DNA of 64,000 bases from Eledone cirrhosa (GCA_964016885.1 OZ024741.1:178622001-178686000), one strand, 5' to 3'; shown: positions 16,178-29,570, counted from the stretch's first letter. The notes: generated by a model from the sequence alone, not told the origin. Numbers and translations are program-made.

Positions 16178-16363
16178 GATTGGCAGTATCGGTAGAGAGT
16201 CGGACGCCATGCTTTCCAGCATAGTTACGTCCCTTTACGATCTGAGTTCAAATCCCGCCGAGGATGACTTTGCCTTTCATCCTTACGTGGTCGATAAAAT
16301 AAAGTACCAGTAATGCACTGGTTAATTGCTGGCCTTGTGCCTAAAGTAGAAACAATTATTTCT
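16178..16363 (+). mobile_element. tRNA-derived SINE (Meta-like), internally deleted variant
   Basis: Near reverse complement of 14600-14792. Confidence 0.8.
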
Positions 16364-16401
16364 GGCAATAATATTACAACAATATGACGCTCCCCAAGTA
16401 T

Positions 16402-16441
<40 letters not shown>

Positions 16442-16518
16442 CATATAGTGGCTTTAAAGAGGCTGTTTGCGTAAAAGCAAACGAATCAAATATTATTAAT
16501 ATTCAAAGAACTCATATT

Positions 16519-16624
<106 letters not shown>

Positions 16625-16791
16625 TAAGATGCTTCCAAAGGCGGTATGCGAGTCTAGAGTCTAGAGTCAGGTAGATCCACACACAGATCGCACCTCGAGC
16701 TGTTCGCCGGGCAAACAATTGTAACACACAATAAAATTGTGTTCCGATGCATCACTGATTTGTCGTTTTCCATTCTATATATATATATATA

Positions 16792-17722
16792 CTAGCAGTA
16801 AAGCCCGGCGTTGCTCGGGGTCGCTCAGTAGCTGTGTTAAAGTTACAATGTTAAGTTTCTTTCTTGGCTTAAAAACTGTAGTGTCTACTGTGCAGACTTG
16901 CATGTGGTGTTTTTGATTAATATTCCCTCAACCAACAATATGCCTTATGAAGTTAAGAAAACATAACGATAACCCGAATGTTATAACAAAAGAGGATGCT
17001 GGGGATAGAAACTGCACTGGTTATTTATTAACAAAGATCGAAAATGTAAACACTGCAACGCAGAGAAAAACATTAGCGTAACCAAATTATCAGTTATGTC
17101 TGTCTGCACGCCTATATCACCTCTCTGCACGACTGTCTGTCTGCACGCCTATATCACCTCTCTGCACGACTGTCTGTCTGCACGCCTATATCACCTCTCT
17201 GCACGACTGTCTGTCTGCACGCGTATATCACCTCTCTGCACGACTGTCTGTCTGCACGACTGTCTGTCTGCACGACTGTCTGTCTGCACGCCTAACGACG
17301 AAATATTTGCTTGTTTTACGTAGTCTTTAAATAGACTTGTTTTCAAGTAAAAATATTGTTTTAAAATGCTTTTAAATGGAAATGAAGCAAAACGGAAGCT
17401 TAGTGTTCGAACTGATGAATTTTGCAGGTCAATATTTTGCTGGCTCGACAACTGTTAAAGCCAGCGTAATTTTTTACGTAAGACGCTCAATGTAAACAGA
17501 ACAAAGGGAAATAACTGATAACTTACGCTCAAAAATCGATACATTATATTCGATTTCGTCACATAAGGTGGGTGAATTTGAAATATTTTTTTTTCCGATG
17601 TCTTCGCTAGGGCTCAATGTACAAGTATAGCAATTTCAGTGCAATTCCGTGAGAGATTCTAAGAGGAGATGTGTGCCAAAAATCGATAGACAGACAGACA
17701 ACCACAGTTTTATATATATAGA
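16792..17722 (-). mobile_element. Non-autonomous Helitron
   Basis: The minus strand starts TCTATATATATAAAA..(GTCT)n and ends with the GC hairpin cccgagcaacgccggg, about 8 nt, then CTAG. Inserted between A and T with no TSD. Confidence 0.8.
17097..17292. repeat. 37-bp/16-bp minisatellite inside the Helitron
   Basis: tgtctgtctgcacgcctatatcacctctctgcacgac four times, followed by tgtctgtctgcacgac repeats. Confidence 0.9.
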
Positions 17723-19499
17723 TAATATGGGATATGAAAGCGTGACTGTAACCTTAGAAGAAATCTTGCTAATTGCTTTCTAGAATCGTTCGTCTCCAGG
17801 TACATCCCGGCTCACGCGGATGCCTCTCAACCATAACTGCGTAAAATGACTACATGCATCTCGGAATTACTTCATGGGAAAAATAATGTGTAAGGCAGCT
17901 ATAGCAGTCAAACGGGTGAGCCTTCAGCTTTTTATGGTGTTCTTTAATGGCTTGTAACCTTAAGTATGTGACGACTGGATTTCTGCTGGAATGTCCGGAG
18001 GAAATCCAGTCATCAGTGATCAACTATGACCACTAAAATAATGATATCACGTAACGTTTCTGCGCGATGCTTTTCTCGGAACATGGTGAGATATACAAAT
18101 TCCTCTAGTCATCCTTTTGCATCAACAGTATACCCACAGTTATCTCAGTCCCCTTGTGTTTGCTTCAGAAAGTCAGAGACAGTTTACCTCTAAAGAAAAT
18201 TAAATACTTATGGACATTTAGAAATAGTTAGATAGCAGGGGAATATTTAGACTGAAACCTTACAGATTATGTGTGGAATAATTGGTTTCCTTCCGACACG
18301 TTTCCTGCGGACCAGGAACATAATTTCATGGCTACTCTACATGTATAAACCACAGTACTTAACACAAGATCAACTAGTTTGTACAAATTTAACAATATTC
18401 ATGGTAAATACGAGTCAAGGAGCCAGCCCCCGGTTGGTCAACGTGCTAGAAATAACAACCCAATTTATCTCAAAACATATTCTAATTTCCTAAACGAAGA
18501 AAACCGTATATTAGATAATATTCTGTTAGGTGGACCTAAGACGACGTGTTGGTCATGGATGATGTCTCATTCTTTCATCATTGCCCTGATCAATCACAAC
18601 TGACCAATGACTACCCAACGCACCAATAACTTAGTAAATAAGTGTTACTTGCATGTAGATCATTAGAATACATTTTTTTTTTAAATCCTTAAGTTCTCGG
18701 AAAACAAAAATGTTTGGTCTCTCTTTTGATCAGTGAATGAATAATTGATTGCTGTCAGAGTAATTGTCTTCTTCCAAATTATTGTTTGAAGTTCAAACAC
18801 ATCAATAGAATGGATTTTATATTCTTTTTCATTGGCTCTAACTCTATTCTGCTACAATAGATATGGACATTTTTTCGCAAGTTGTTTGAATACGTATTTC
18901 CTCGATTCACACGCCCCATTTATTTCATGTTCTTTACTTCCCAGATTTATTTCTAAACTGAACCGTTTTGATGTGGAGCAACCCAGCATCACCTCCTCAT
19001 TATAAACTAAGCGAGCTTTTGTATTTTTTTTCTTATTCGTTTGCTGTAGTATTCCTTTGAACATTTTTAAAGCAAATACATGTCTACGTTTTATAGTGTT
19101 ATCCACCACATTGCATCGATATTGACAAGATATAATGCTGATACAATTAGCTGGGTAGATGAGGTATTTGGCTGTTCAATGACGAGTCAGTTGTCTGTAT
19201 AATGTTATCAACGTTGCGTTATATCCATGCCGAAGGAAATTTTCAAATGATTCAGTCCCACTATCTGTAAAAGATAGTATAAAGAACAACAGCAAACGTG
19301 TCGTGCATTTGGATCATTGTATATGTAACTACGAACGTTTCATTAATTTACTGTTTTGTGTTAAAATCTCTTACTAACTTTCGGTTAGAGATGGATCAAC
19401 TCTTTAGATTTGACAAACAGTGCTTACTCTACACAGAAATCTAAACTATCCAATAATGTTCCAGAAGATTATATTTATGTGCTGGCAACTATACCAAAT

Positions 19500-19632
19500 A
19501 GGTGACGAGCTGGCAGAGTCGTTAGAGCGTCGTATAGAACGCTTTGCGGTATTCATGCCGGCTCTGAACGTTCTGAGTTCAAGTCCCACTGTAGACCACT
19601 TTGCCTTTCATTGGTTTGGGGTTAATTTAAAA
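19500..19632 (+). mobile_element. Diverged tRNA-derived SINE (Meta-like)
   Basis: gagctggcagagtcgttagagcg..gttctgagttcaagtccc..tttgcctttcat. Confidence 0.7.
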
Positions 19633-21005
19633 AATAACATTTTAGTTCTGGAGTTGGTTCTCCCTCTATGTCTCTTTCACATTTCCCTTCTACCACACAC
19701 ACTCTCCCACGAAATTCGATATGTTCAGACCTAGAGAGGAGAAAGGCTCTACCAGGTTTAAAGTGTTCGTCTGTTATCAACGTGCCCCTAATATTCCATC
19801 ATGCATTATTGGTCTATACAACACTGCAATTTGTGGAATTAAAAGATACCCTATTGTCTTTTAAAAACAAAACTATTATTTTGAGGCTTCCCTTTCAACA
19901 GACATTCAAATATGCATTCTTTAGTCCATCAGACCAAATAACTACTACGCAGGCAGCCTGACAATTACGCCTGTATGTGGTTGATTGGCTTGTTATAATT
20001 AGACAGCCAAATTTACCACACATCAATATTTTTAATATGGAAGGGATAGATTGGCTAATGTAATTCCACATAGCGTTGAAATACTTTTGATCACACGTCC
20101 GCTCGATCGGCGTTAACTAGAGACTAAAAAATAAATGTAGGCAGATATAAACACAGGCTTATGAGTCAGCCGTTTTCATTAATTTATTTTGTCCTTGTCA
20201 CAATTTTCTGTTCAACATAATAAATTTTCTTTGCTTGCTATAAGCAATTTAAAGTAATTACATCCATCTGATGCAACATTATTTTTGCTCACATTCTTTC
20301 TACTTAATTTTTTTCTTAATTTCTTTTAACATCTCAAATAAATAGTTTTGTACAAACTTTTAGAGAATTATGTTACAGTAACAATTCTTTTAATTCAAAT
20401 TGACATATACTGTTTACTTTAAACAGACACTGTTAATTTTATAATCAAATCGCTAACAGCTGCTGTTTTATTTTGTTTCCTTATTATCTGTGTTTGTTTT
20501 CTTACATTAAACTTGATGTATGTTCTTGAAATATTAAAATAATATCTTCAAGTGTTTGGACAATAGTAAAAATATCGACAGCGTTTCAACTTTTATGGTT
20601 ATAGTATATCAAATGACGAAATTACTTTTTTTGAATGAACACTTTTATGATTGTTTTTGTTTGTGCTTTTTATTGTTTTTATTTTCAAATAATATCTAAC
20701 GTGTAAATAAATTGACTACGAAGTAAAACACATAACACATTATACTTACAGAAAATATATTTAGAGATTGATTTCATTATCTCAGTTTATGTGGAGTATG
20801 ACACCCAGTCTATGAGAGCCCTATAATTACCCTATATGAGATATATAGGTTCATTTGATCTCCAAAGCGCAATTGAACGAAACGTAACTAATGATACTGA
20901 ACTCTTTTATATTCATGGAGAATCTTGTCTCTGTACGGTATCATGAATTTTATATGTGGTTTTAGCCAAAAGTGGAAAGGTGTGTATATCATTCAATGAG
21001 ATTTT

Positions 21006-21089
<84 letters not shown>

Positions 21090-21091
<2 letters not shown>

Positions 21092-21305
21092 AAGTCATTA
21101 CACCTGATGGGATGACAGAGTTCTTTGAGATACTGGCTGGAGTGCTCCAGGGAGATACATTGGCTCGCTACCTTTTTATCATCGTAGTGGAATATTGTGT
21201 GCGCCTTGCACTGGAGAAACACCAGGACTCTGACTTTACTGTAGCACCGGCTCAGAGCAGGAGAGTTAAGGCGAAAAAGATATCAGATGCTGAATTTGCC
21301 AACGA
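21090..21305 (+). pseudogene. RTE-type LINE reverse transcriptase fragment
   Basis: VITPDGMTEFFEILAGVLQGDTLARYLFIIVVEY..ISDAEFAND (QGD motif and a degraded FADD). Flanked by (TA)n. Confidence 0.8.
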
Positions 21306-21501
21306 CATGTATATATATATATAATAAATACAATATCGGAGAAAGCTTTTTAGCGATACTCCGGCCAAATTCCAACTCACTCAACAAACATTAGGAAATA
21401 AGTGATTATATTCCCAATTATGTGTTCGGGGTGCTAACTAAAAGTATTGCGTGGAAAATTGGCTGTATTATTTCAAATGAGACATATCTAATATATCTCT
21501 G

Positions 21502-21628
21502 CCCAGACGGACGTCTCGTTTCATTATAGGATTCCTACAATTTGGGTGAAATTATACCAATTTATGTAGGAGCTTGTATACCATCAATAGATATATATTC
21601 AAGTGGGCTCCTATAATTCATCAGTGGG
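21502..21628 (-). ncRNA. Type I hammerhead ribozyme with long branched helix II
   Basis: Minus strand: ccca-CTGATGA-attatagga[about 77 nt including a tcctaca/tgtagga stem]tcctataat-GAAA-cgagacgtccg-TC-tggg. GUC triplet and a perfect 9-bp base of helix II. Confidence 0.78.
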
Positions 21629-21855
21629 TGCCCCAATAATACTAATATTGATAATCTAACCAACATCAGCATTTAGCGATAATCACTCTCTGTGCCTGAG
21701 GTATCTGTCAGGTTGCCAGTCCAGCAGTTCTGAAAGAAGTGATCGAACTGATTCAAAAAATGAGGAAATGAATTACCGCCTAAAAAAAAAACAATACATG
21801 CGCGTGACAATGAATTCTGAAAGGAATTCAGGCCACGTGCTAAGAACTCAATTGG

Positions 21856-21900
<45 letters not shown>

Positions 21901-21904
<4 letters not shown>

Positions 21905-22605
21905 TGGTTACGCAACAGTTAGTTCACCATACCGAGAACAATTGTTTCACCTTAGCGGATCCTCAGCTCGGAATGTGCATGGTTATAGGAACAGGAAGGA
22001 CAACCGTACGAACGCGCATGCGCAGAAACCCGGTCACTTCACACAGGCAATACTAGACTGCGTGCGAGAGGTGTAAGGGAGATAACTGCGAAAGTCCGAA
22101 AAGTTTTTAGGTTGAAAATAAAATTACAAAAAATCAGTCCGGAACCTTGTAGTTATGCAATAGGTGTTTGGCGACGTGTGGACAACGTGTGAAAAATTCA
22201 ATTCTCGTGTTTAGGCAATCACTATTGCGTAATCTCTTTAGAATAGTTATTCGTTCGTCAATACATAAGCCACACGTCGGATTTCCTCTTGCGTATGGCT
22301 TGGACTTAGTGATGGCTTTCCATTGAATGGAGTAGTCTATACTTAAGTCCTTGAGGGACCATACGTGGCTCGCGAGTTTCGTGGATGAACGTCTGTCCGG
22401 GTACCTGAAGGTAGATTGGTGGTTCAGGAAACGTTCCTTAAATCGGCCCTACGCCATGCCCACATAGGATTTGACCTCCTGTGGTTGGTTCGTTTGGTCG
22501 GTTGGAAGTGACCACAGCTTCATAAATTACAGCTGGTGTGTTGCATTGCTGTTGAAGGGGGCAAGCTTCAGGCTTACAGCAAGAGCACCCTGGTGGGGTG
22601 CTGCT

Positions 22606-22608
<3 letters not shown>
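21901..22608 (-). mobile_element. Non-coding pLTR-like element (second family) with HHR
   Basis: Homologous to 39960-40435 and 40956-41095; flanked by (TA)n; carries the HHR at 21932-21971. Confidence 0.7.
21932..21971 (-). ncRNA. Minimal type I hammerhead ribozyme (GUU site)
   Basis: ccgag-CTGAGGA-tccgctaaggt-GAAA-caattg-TT-ctcgg; palindromic helix III and a weak helix II. Confidence 0.72.
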
Positions 22609-22653
<45 letters not shown>

Positions 22654-22731
22654 GAGAGAGAAAGAGAAAGAAAGAGTGTGATGTGTAAAATCTCATATAT
22701 AAAAATCTAATATATATATATATATATATAT

Positions 22732-23460
22732 ATAAAATTTCAGGTTATCAATAATGTAGTGAGAATATATCGTTACGTTAGAGATGAACAGCGTACGTGC
22801 AGGTTTGCTCAACGAGTATAAATTATATTCCGGAGAAATGTAGAAAGGATGAATATAAAATGAAAGTGCTTTTGTTAAAAAAGGAATTTATTAGGTATTG
22901 ACATATGTTTCTGTAACAGACCGAATACCTATGTATCGCTGCTTGCGTAATCATATAATGTTAGCAAGTATTCGATAGCAAATGTATAATCAGTTGTCAC
23001 TTCTTCAGAGATTTTGGATAAACTGGATAAAATCAGAAAAATTGAAGTATTTATATTAGTAAAAGAGGAAGGAACAGAGGGGATAGAATATGACAGATGG
23101 TAAAATAATTTACTGCTAAACAAATATATAATGGGTTTTTAATGAGAATACCATGAGTAAATCTAAATAAGAATTTTGGGAGTGCCGATTTTAATCTCTA
23201 CTTGACCAACTGGACAGTGGACAGAGCTGGTCATTTGGTGCAGTAGTATTAATCATAAAGTGTCAATTGGGGAAGGGGAGATTTCGATTGCTACTAAATA
23301 ACATCAATGCTAGTAGTCAGCTGGTATTTCCACTAGGGAATTGAATCAAAAAATCAGAAATCTCATTTTATCTATAGCAGTTTGTATTAAAAGGTAAATA
23401 ATAGAAGAGTTGATAGAATTAAGACTAATAAAGAATGTTAATATCTATTTTGACAATCAA
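22732..23460 (-). repeat. 3' pseudo-LTR
   Basis: Direct repeat of 25846-26575. Confidence 0.92.
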
Positions 23461-23480
23461 ACGGGGATAGAGACAGGCGT

Positions 23481-25799
23481 TCAATCCTGGTAGTATTTAT
23501 AATATGAAAATGTAGATTTTAAGCGATGGTTACAGTATAACGATCGCTCTATTCTGTTATTTAATAAAATGTTTTTGGATTTCATAATACAAAATAATTC
23601 TACATTACATAATTTACAAAATTCCTGTCCATTGGATTATGGGGGGGCAGTCGCTATTATATCCCATTTTAGGTGAAATTGTTGGTTATTTTCACGCAGC
23701 TGCCAAGCCTTGTCTGCGAGTGTTGTTACATAACGCTGGTTTTCATGTTTTATCGAATAACGATGTCTATAAAGGCGTGATTTAAAGGAGGTGGCTGTAG
23801 ATCCCACATAGTACCACTTCTGTCTATCCGATTCGAAAGTACATTTGTATACGATGTTGCGTTCAAGACACTGATTGTTCAACGGACACATTCCTGGTTG
23901 GACACAGTTGCAATTACAATTTTGCGTTGTTGTATTGCCATGGATGGGTTGATGAGGTTGCTTATGCAGGACAGGATGTTGTTTGTTGTTTTGTGATGTT
24001 ATAGCTAATGTTTTACGTGTATTGTTATGTGTTGGAAGGCGTTTATACAACCGTTTTGCGTTAAGCATTTTTATATGTTGTTCAATATTAGGGGCGGTTG
24101 AATATGAAAGTCGGATGGTGTTAGGGTTTAAGATTTTATTATATTTATGTGATGTTGGAAAGTGTTTTCTAACTAATCGAAAGAATTTTGTGGGTAGATT
24201 GGTTATAATAGATTTGTTATAGACCGGGTTGTACCAGATATACTCCTTACATCGCCTTCTGTTTGGTGGTGTGCGACTATTATTGTGTCTATTGCGGTAG
24301 TGTATGTATGGTGGTGATTCTGTGCTATTTCTACTCCTATGTGATTTATTTTGGGTGTTTTGGTGATCATTGACTATATACTCTATATTATCTAGGTGAC
24401 CGGCTTTCCTAAGTGCATCATCATAATACTCGGCATGTTCTTTGAAGGTTTGTTGGTTGGACGATAGGCGGGAGATTCTAAGAGAAACATTTCTAGGGAT
24501 GGATTTAATTATAGAGAGTGGATGGTTAGAACTCGTATTTACATATTTAAGGTTCTCATTTAGTTTATGGAACGGTTTAATCGTATCTGTATTGAGATTG
24601 AAAGTAACATCAAGGAAATTGACCTCTTTGAGGTTATATTCAAATGTAATATTTAATCCTAGTTCTTTAAAAAGTTTTCTGATATTTTTACGCATCCTTT
24701 CTAAATTCTGGTTATTCATATTCTTAACTAATAGGAGCGCATCGTCACGGTAAATTCCACCGTGGAGATCCTTGAATTTTCCTTGTAATCTGTGGGTGAT
24801 ATAAATTCCCACAAGATCTGTTACTTCCGCCGAATCATTAGAACCCATAGTGATATCAAAATTAGAAGGTCTATCTTTGCGAACCCAGTAGCTATCATCG
24901 AATTTAACTATAGTTTTTCTCGCTTCCATAATAATTTTAATTTCAGCATCCGTGAGGTCGGAATTATCCTTAGCGAACGAAAGAGCTTCATGTAGAGTAT
25001 CAGGTGAAATTGAGGAATAATATTCATCAATATCAAACTGAATAAATTTTGATTTTTTCTTATCAGTAATGTTGTTAAACCATCTTATTGCTTCATGAGT
25101 GTTACCCCATAGTTTAATCTCTACTTTAACCTTAACTTGGGGGATAATTCTGTCTAGTATATATTTGCTAATTTTACCTATATCAGATTTAGAGGGGCAT
25201 ATAAGTCTAATATTAGGGTTAGTATCGAAGTTTACCTTGTGGTCCTTCAGGTTGAAGGATGGTATAGCTGGTGTTAAGGGTTGCGTTCTATCGTCAATAC
25301 AAAGTTTTTTAACAATATCACATGCCGAGTTGTTGATGTTTTTAAGTGTGGCTTCATTAGTTTTCCTGTATTTTTTATGCAATTCCTTACGGATGAAGTT
25401 ATTGTAAGTGTCCACATCCATGGTATATACGTTTGATGTTTTGTCTGCTCTAACAATAACTCCATTGGCGTTTTTTAGATTATTGAGCAGTGCCGTGATG
25501 TCATTCTGTAGTTTATTGTTCTTACGTTTTGTAAATTTGATCTCCATGATCATATCCATTAGGTCTTGTTCAAATGCATCCAAAAGTGGGTTTGAGGGTG
25601 GGTTCTTGTAAGATTTAAATCCAAATTTATCCTTGTTAAGATCCGATGTTTGGTTTATACGGCTTTTGTCAAAATGGAATGTTTTCCATCTGATTCGTCG
25701 AATAAAATCATTGGTCCTTCGTATCATACCTAGAATATAATCCCTTTTTGCCTGAATAGGTATGTTTTTTAACGACATATCCAATTGGTGCCTTTCCAT
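23481..25799 (-). pseudogene. PLE reverse transcriptase + GIY-YIG endonuclease with a single premature TAA at 23637-23639
   Basis: Motifs SLKNIP, RADKTSN, FIQFDIDEYY, FDITMGS, GGIYRDD, VNFLDVTF, CNC..CPLNNQCL, IVY..YVGST and FKSRLYRH. The frame continues past the TAA as SNGQEFCKLCNVE..LLNNRIERSLYCNHR..QD to a TGA at 23481. Confidence 0.92.
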
Positions 25800-25845
25800 T
25801 TTAGAAGCGTATGCTGAATTAGTTGCTCAACTGTATAGGAGATTA

Positions 25846-26575
25846 ATAAAATTTCAGGTTATCAATAATGTAGTGATAATATATCGTTACGTTAGAGATG
25901 AACAGCGTACGTGCAGGTTTGCTCAACGAGTATAAATTATATTCCGGAGAAATGTAGAAAGGATGAATATAAAATGAAAGTGCTTTTGTTAAAAAAGGAA
26001 TTTATTAGGTATTGACATATGTTTCTGTAACAGACCGAATACCTATGTATCGCTGCTTGCGTAATCATATAATGTTAGCAAGTATTCGATAGCAAATGTA
26101 TAATCAGTTGTCACTTCTTCAGAGATTTTGGATAAACTGGATAAAATCAGAAAAATTGAAGTATTTATATTAGTAAAAGAGGAAGGAACAGAGGGGATAG
26201 AATATGACAGATGGTAAAATAATTTACTGCTAAACAAGTATATAATGGGTTTTTAATGAGAATACCATGAGTAAATCTAAATAAGAATTTTGGGAGTGCC
26301 GATTTTAATCTCTACTTGACCAACTGGACAGTGGACAGGGCTGGTCATTTGGTGCAGTAGTATTAATCATAAAGTGTCAATTGGGGAAGGGGGAGATTTC
26401 GATTGCTACTAAATAACATCAATGCTAGTAGTCAGCTGGTATTTCCACTAGGGAATTGAATCAAAAAATCAGAAATCTCATTTTATCTATAGCAGTTTGT
26501 ATTAAAAGGTAAATAATAGAAGAGTTGATAGAATTAAGACTAATAAAGAATGTTAATATCTATTTTGACAATCAA
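25846..26575 (-). repeat. 5' pseudo-LTR
   Basis: Direct repeat of 22732-23460. Confidence 0.92.
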
Positions 26576-26758
26576 CTTTTCGGACTTTCGCAGTTATCTC
26601 CCTTACACCTCTCGCACGCAGTCTAGTATTGCCTGTGTGAAGTGACCGGGTTTCTGCGCATGCGCGTTCGTACGGTTGTCCTTCCTGTTCCTATAACCAT
26701 GCACATTCCGAGCTGAGGATCCGCTAAGGTGAAACAATTGTTCTCGGTATGGTGAACT
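26574..26758 (+). repeat. Inverted copy of 21921-22105
   Basis: Apparently exact reverse complement over about 185 bp. Confidence 0.92.
26708..26747 (+). ncRNA. Minimal type I hammerhead ribozyme (GUU site)
   Basis: Mirror of 21932-21971. Confidence 0.72.
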
Positions 26759-27196
<438 letters not shown>

Positions 27197-27197
27197 A

Positions 27198-27300
<103 letters not shown>

Positions 27301-27915
27301 GTGAAGACGCGTGACTTATTGGTTAGGGTGTTCAATACCCGGTGGCCTGATATATCTTTCAGCAAGACACAAAATAAAATAATGGCCATGCTTAATTAAT
27401 AAATGCTGAGGTGGTTTATGGTCGACTAAAAGGTGGTGTACAACATGAAATGCTGTCTAAGGACCAAAACTAATAAAACGTTATAAAAAAACTTAACTTG
27501 AAAAAACACATTTCCTACGATATTAGAAAAACAAATTTAGAGAAATAATTTACATAGAAATTAGTTTATAGTACAAATATAGAAAAATGACTAAGGATTA
27601 TAGGAAATATTAGTGAAGTTTCGAAAGCAAATTATCTGTATCTTTATGAGGGGATTGAATATTGAATCTTAAAGTATGAGAAATTTGTTTTATTTGATAT
27701 TATTTCGTATTATACTTTATTTCAATTTAATTTCATCATTTTATTTTAATTTAAATATCATATTCTGAATATTAATATTCATTTCAGAAAATGTTATAAA
27801 AGTAAAAATTATAATACTTGAACCTATATAACATTACTGGATATTAAACAGAGTTGGAAACTTGTATTACCAAATTGCCAACATTACATAATATATCACA
27901 GGTAGCAATCTTGAT

Positions 27916-27993
<78 letters not shown>

Positions 27994-28010
27994 TGGGTAT
28001 GTGTGTATGC

Positions 28011-28064
<54 letters not shown>

Positions 28065-28706
28065 GCATACACACAAACATATATATATATATATACACAT
28101 ATATATATGTATATATATATATATATATACACACACATATATATGTATATATATATGTGTGTGTGAGTGTGTGTGTCTGTGCGTGTGTATATATATTAGA
28201 TATATCTATATATATCTATATATTATAAATTCGGATAATTTCATGTATATATTAATAATATGTAGGAACGAGGTGTTTCGTTATTGAAACCGAGAGTCTG
28301 GTGAGCTATGGATTCAAGAGTCGAGCCCGATCGGTACAGATCAAAGCTTGAGTTGATCAATCGCGGAACGCGCATCACCGCTGAACAAAGGTAATGATGA
28401 TACGCTGACACCTCATTCTTACTAATATTACACTCTGCTTATAAAGGAATCCGACCATAGTATAACACCGAATGTATAACACCACATACTATATTAAAAC
28501 GGACCCACCTATACACCGAGTGCTCAAGTTGGTGAACCAACAATTACGTAAATTTACAATCTATGAAACTCGAATTAAGATGGTTAAAGTCGGTGTTGCA
28601 CATCTGACAAATATATACATATATATAGGTGTGTTGTGTGTGTGTGTGTTCGTGTGAATACATATATATTAAATATATTGAATATATTTTATATTGTAAA
28701 TATATA

Positions 28707-28776
<70 letters not shown>

Positions 28777-28779
<3 letters not shown>

Positions 28780-28976
28780 CGAAGGAAATGTGGTAAGGAA
28801 CCAGGTGGACCATAACGCACCAAAGTACTCAATACTTAGGGTAGTAGAGTGGGTAATAGGAACGAGTAGGACCCCGACGGCTGAGCTCAAGCCGTTTCGA
28901 CGGCTAATTCTGGCTAATTGAGTCCAGAATTAGCCGTCGAAACGGCTTAAGCTCAGCCGTCGGGGTCCTACTCGTT

Positions 28977-28980
<4 letters not shown>
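28777..28980 (-). mobile_element. Short element end with about 124-bp fold-back, between (TA)n
   Basis: Palindrome 28857-28980 centred on ctggctaattgagtccag. Confidence 0.8.
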
Positions 28981-29036
<56 letters not shown>

Positions 29037-29074
29037 ATATTAATAAATGGAAACTATATTTATAAAACCATATT

Positions 29075-29140
29075 TATTTTATTATATATATTTCAAGCGC
29101 AACCAAGGCAAATTATGGTGCGCTTTCATCAGATAAAATA
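29075..29140 (-). ncRNA. Minimal type I hammerhead ribozyme (intact)
   Basis: tattttat-CTGATGA-aagcgcacca taatttgcct tggttgcgctt-GAAA-tatata-TA-ataaaata. Perfect 8-bp helix I and 10-bp helix II with one bulge. Confidence 0.88.
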
Positions 29141-29248
29141 CAGATTTGTTTTATAAATAAATATTGACATACCCGGAAAAAAAGACAACCTTAACTGTTG
29201 GAGCTTCCTGGATAGGTCGTTGAATCCCAACAAATTAAATATAACCTC

Positions 29249-29285
<37 letters not shown>

Positions 29286-29288
<3 letters not shown>

Positions 29289-29476
29289 CCAGTAAGACCC
29301 CGACAGCTGAGCTCAAGCCGTTTCGACGGCTAATTCTGGAGTCCAGAATTAGCCGTCGAAACGGCTTGAGCTCAGCTGTCGGGGTCTTACTGGTTCCTAT
29401 TACCCACTCTACTACCTCAAGTATTGAGTACTTTGGTGCGTTAGGGTCCACCTGGTTCCTTACCACATTTCCTTCG

Positions 29477-29480
<4 letters not shown>
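29286..29480 (+). mobile_element. Short element end with about 110-bp fold-back, between (TA)n
   Basis: Palindrome 29286-29396 centred on tctggagtccaga. Confidence 0.8.

Positions 29481-29570
<90 letters not shown>

Larger units (their letters stand above)
22732..26575 (-). mobile_element. Near full-length Naiad-type Penelope-like retroelement with direct pseudo-LTRs
   Basis: RT-EN ORF flanked by direct repeats 22732-23460 and 25846-26575 (about 4 differences seen). The 3' end abuts (TA)n. Confidence 0.92.

Noticed and set aside
17097-17292. CRISPR-like array
   Set aside because: Tandem units with no unique spacers, in a eukaryotic context and with no cas genes.
17973-18017. HHR-like CTGATGA..GAAA..TC on the minus strand
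   Set aside because: There is no helix I. The pattern is explained by a simple inverted repeat, gactggatttc/gaaatccagtc.
23637-23639. Programmed recoding at the Naiad internal stop
   Set aside because: The codon is TAA at a Tyr position, best explained by a point mutation or a sequencing error.
22732-26575. LTR retrotransposon
   Set aside because: No TG..CA ends, gag, protease or integrase; the RT and GIY-YIG are Penelope-type.
28296-28378. HHR-like CTGGTGA..GGAA-cgcgca-TC
   Set aside because: Two core substitutions and only a 2-bp helix I; it cannot be distinguished from chance by eye.
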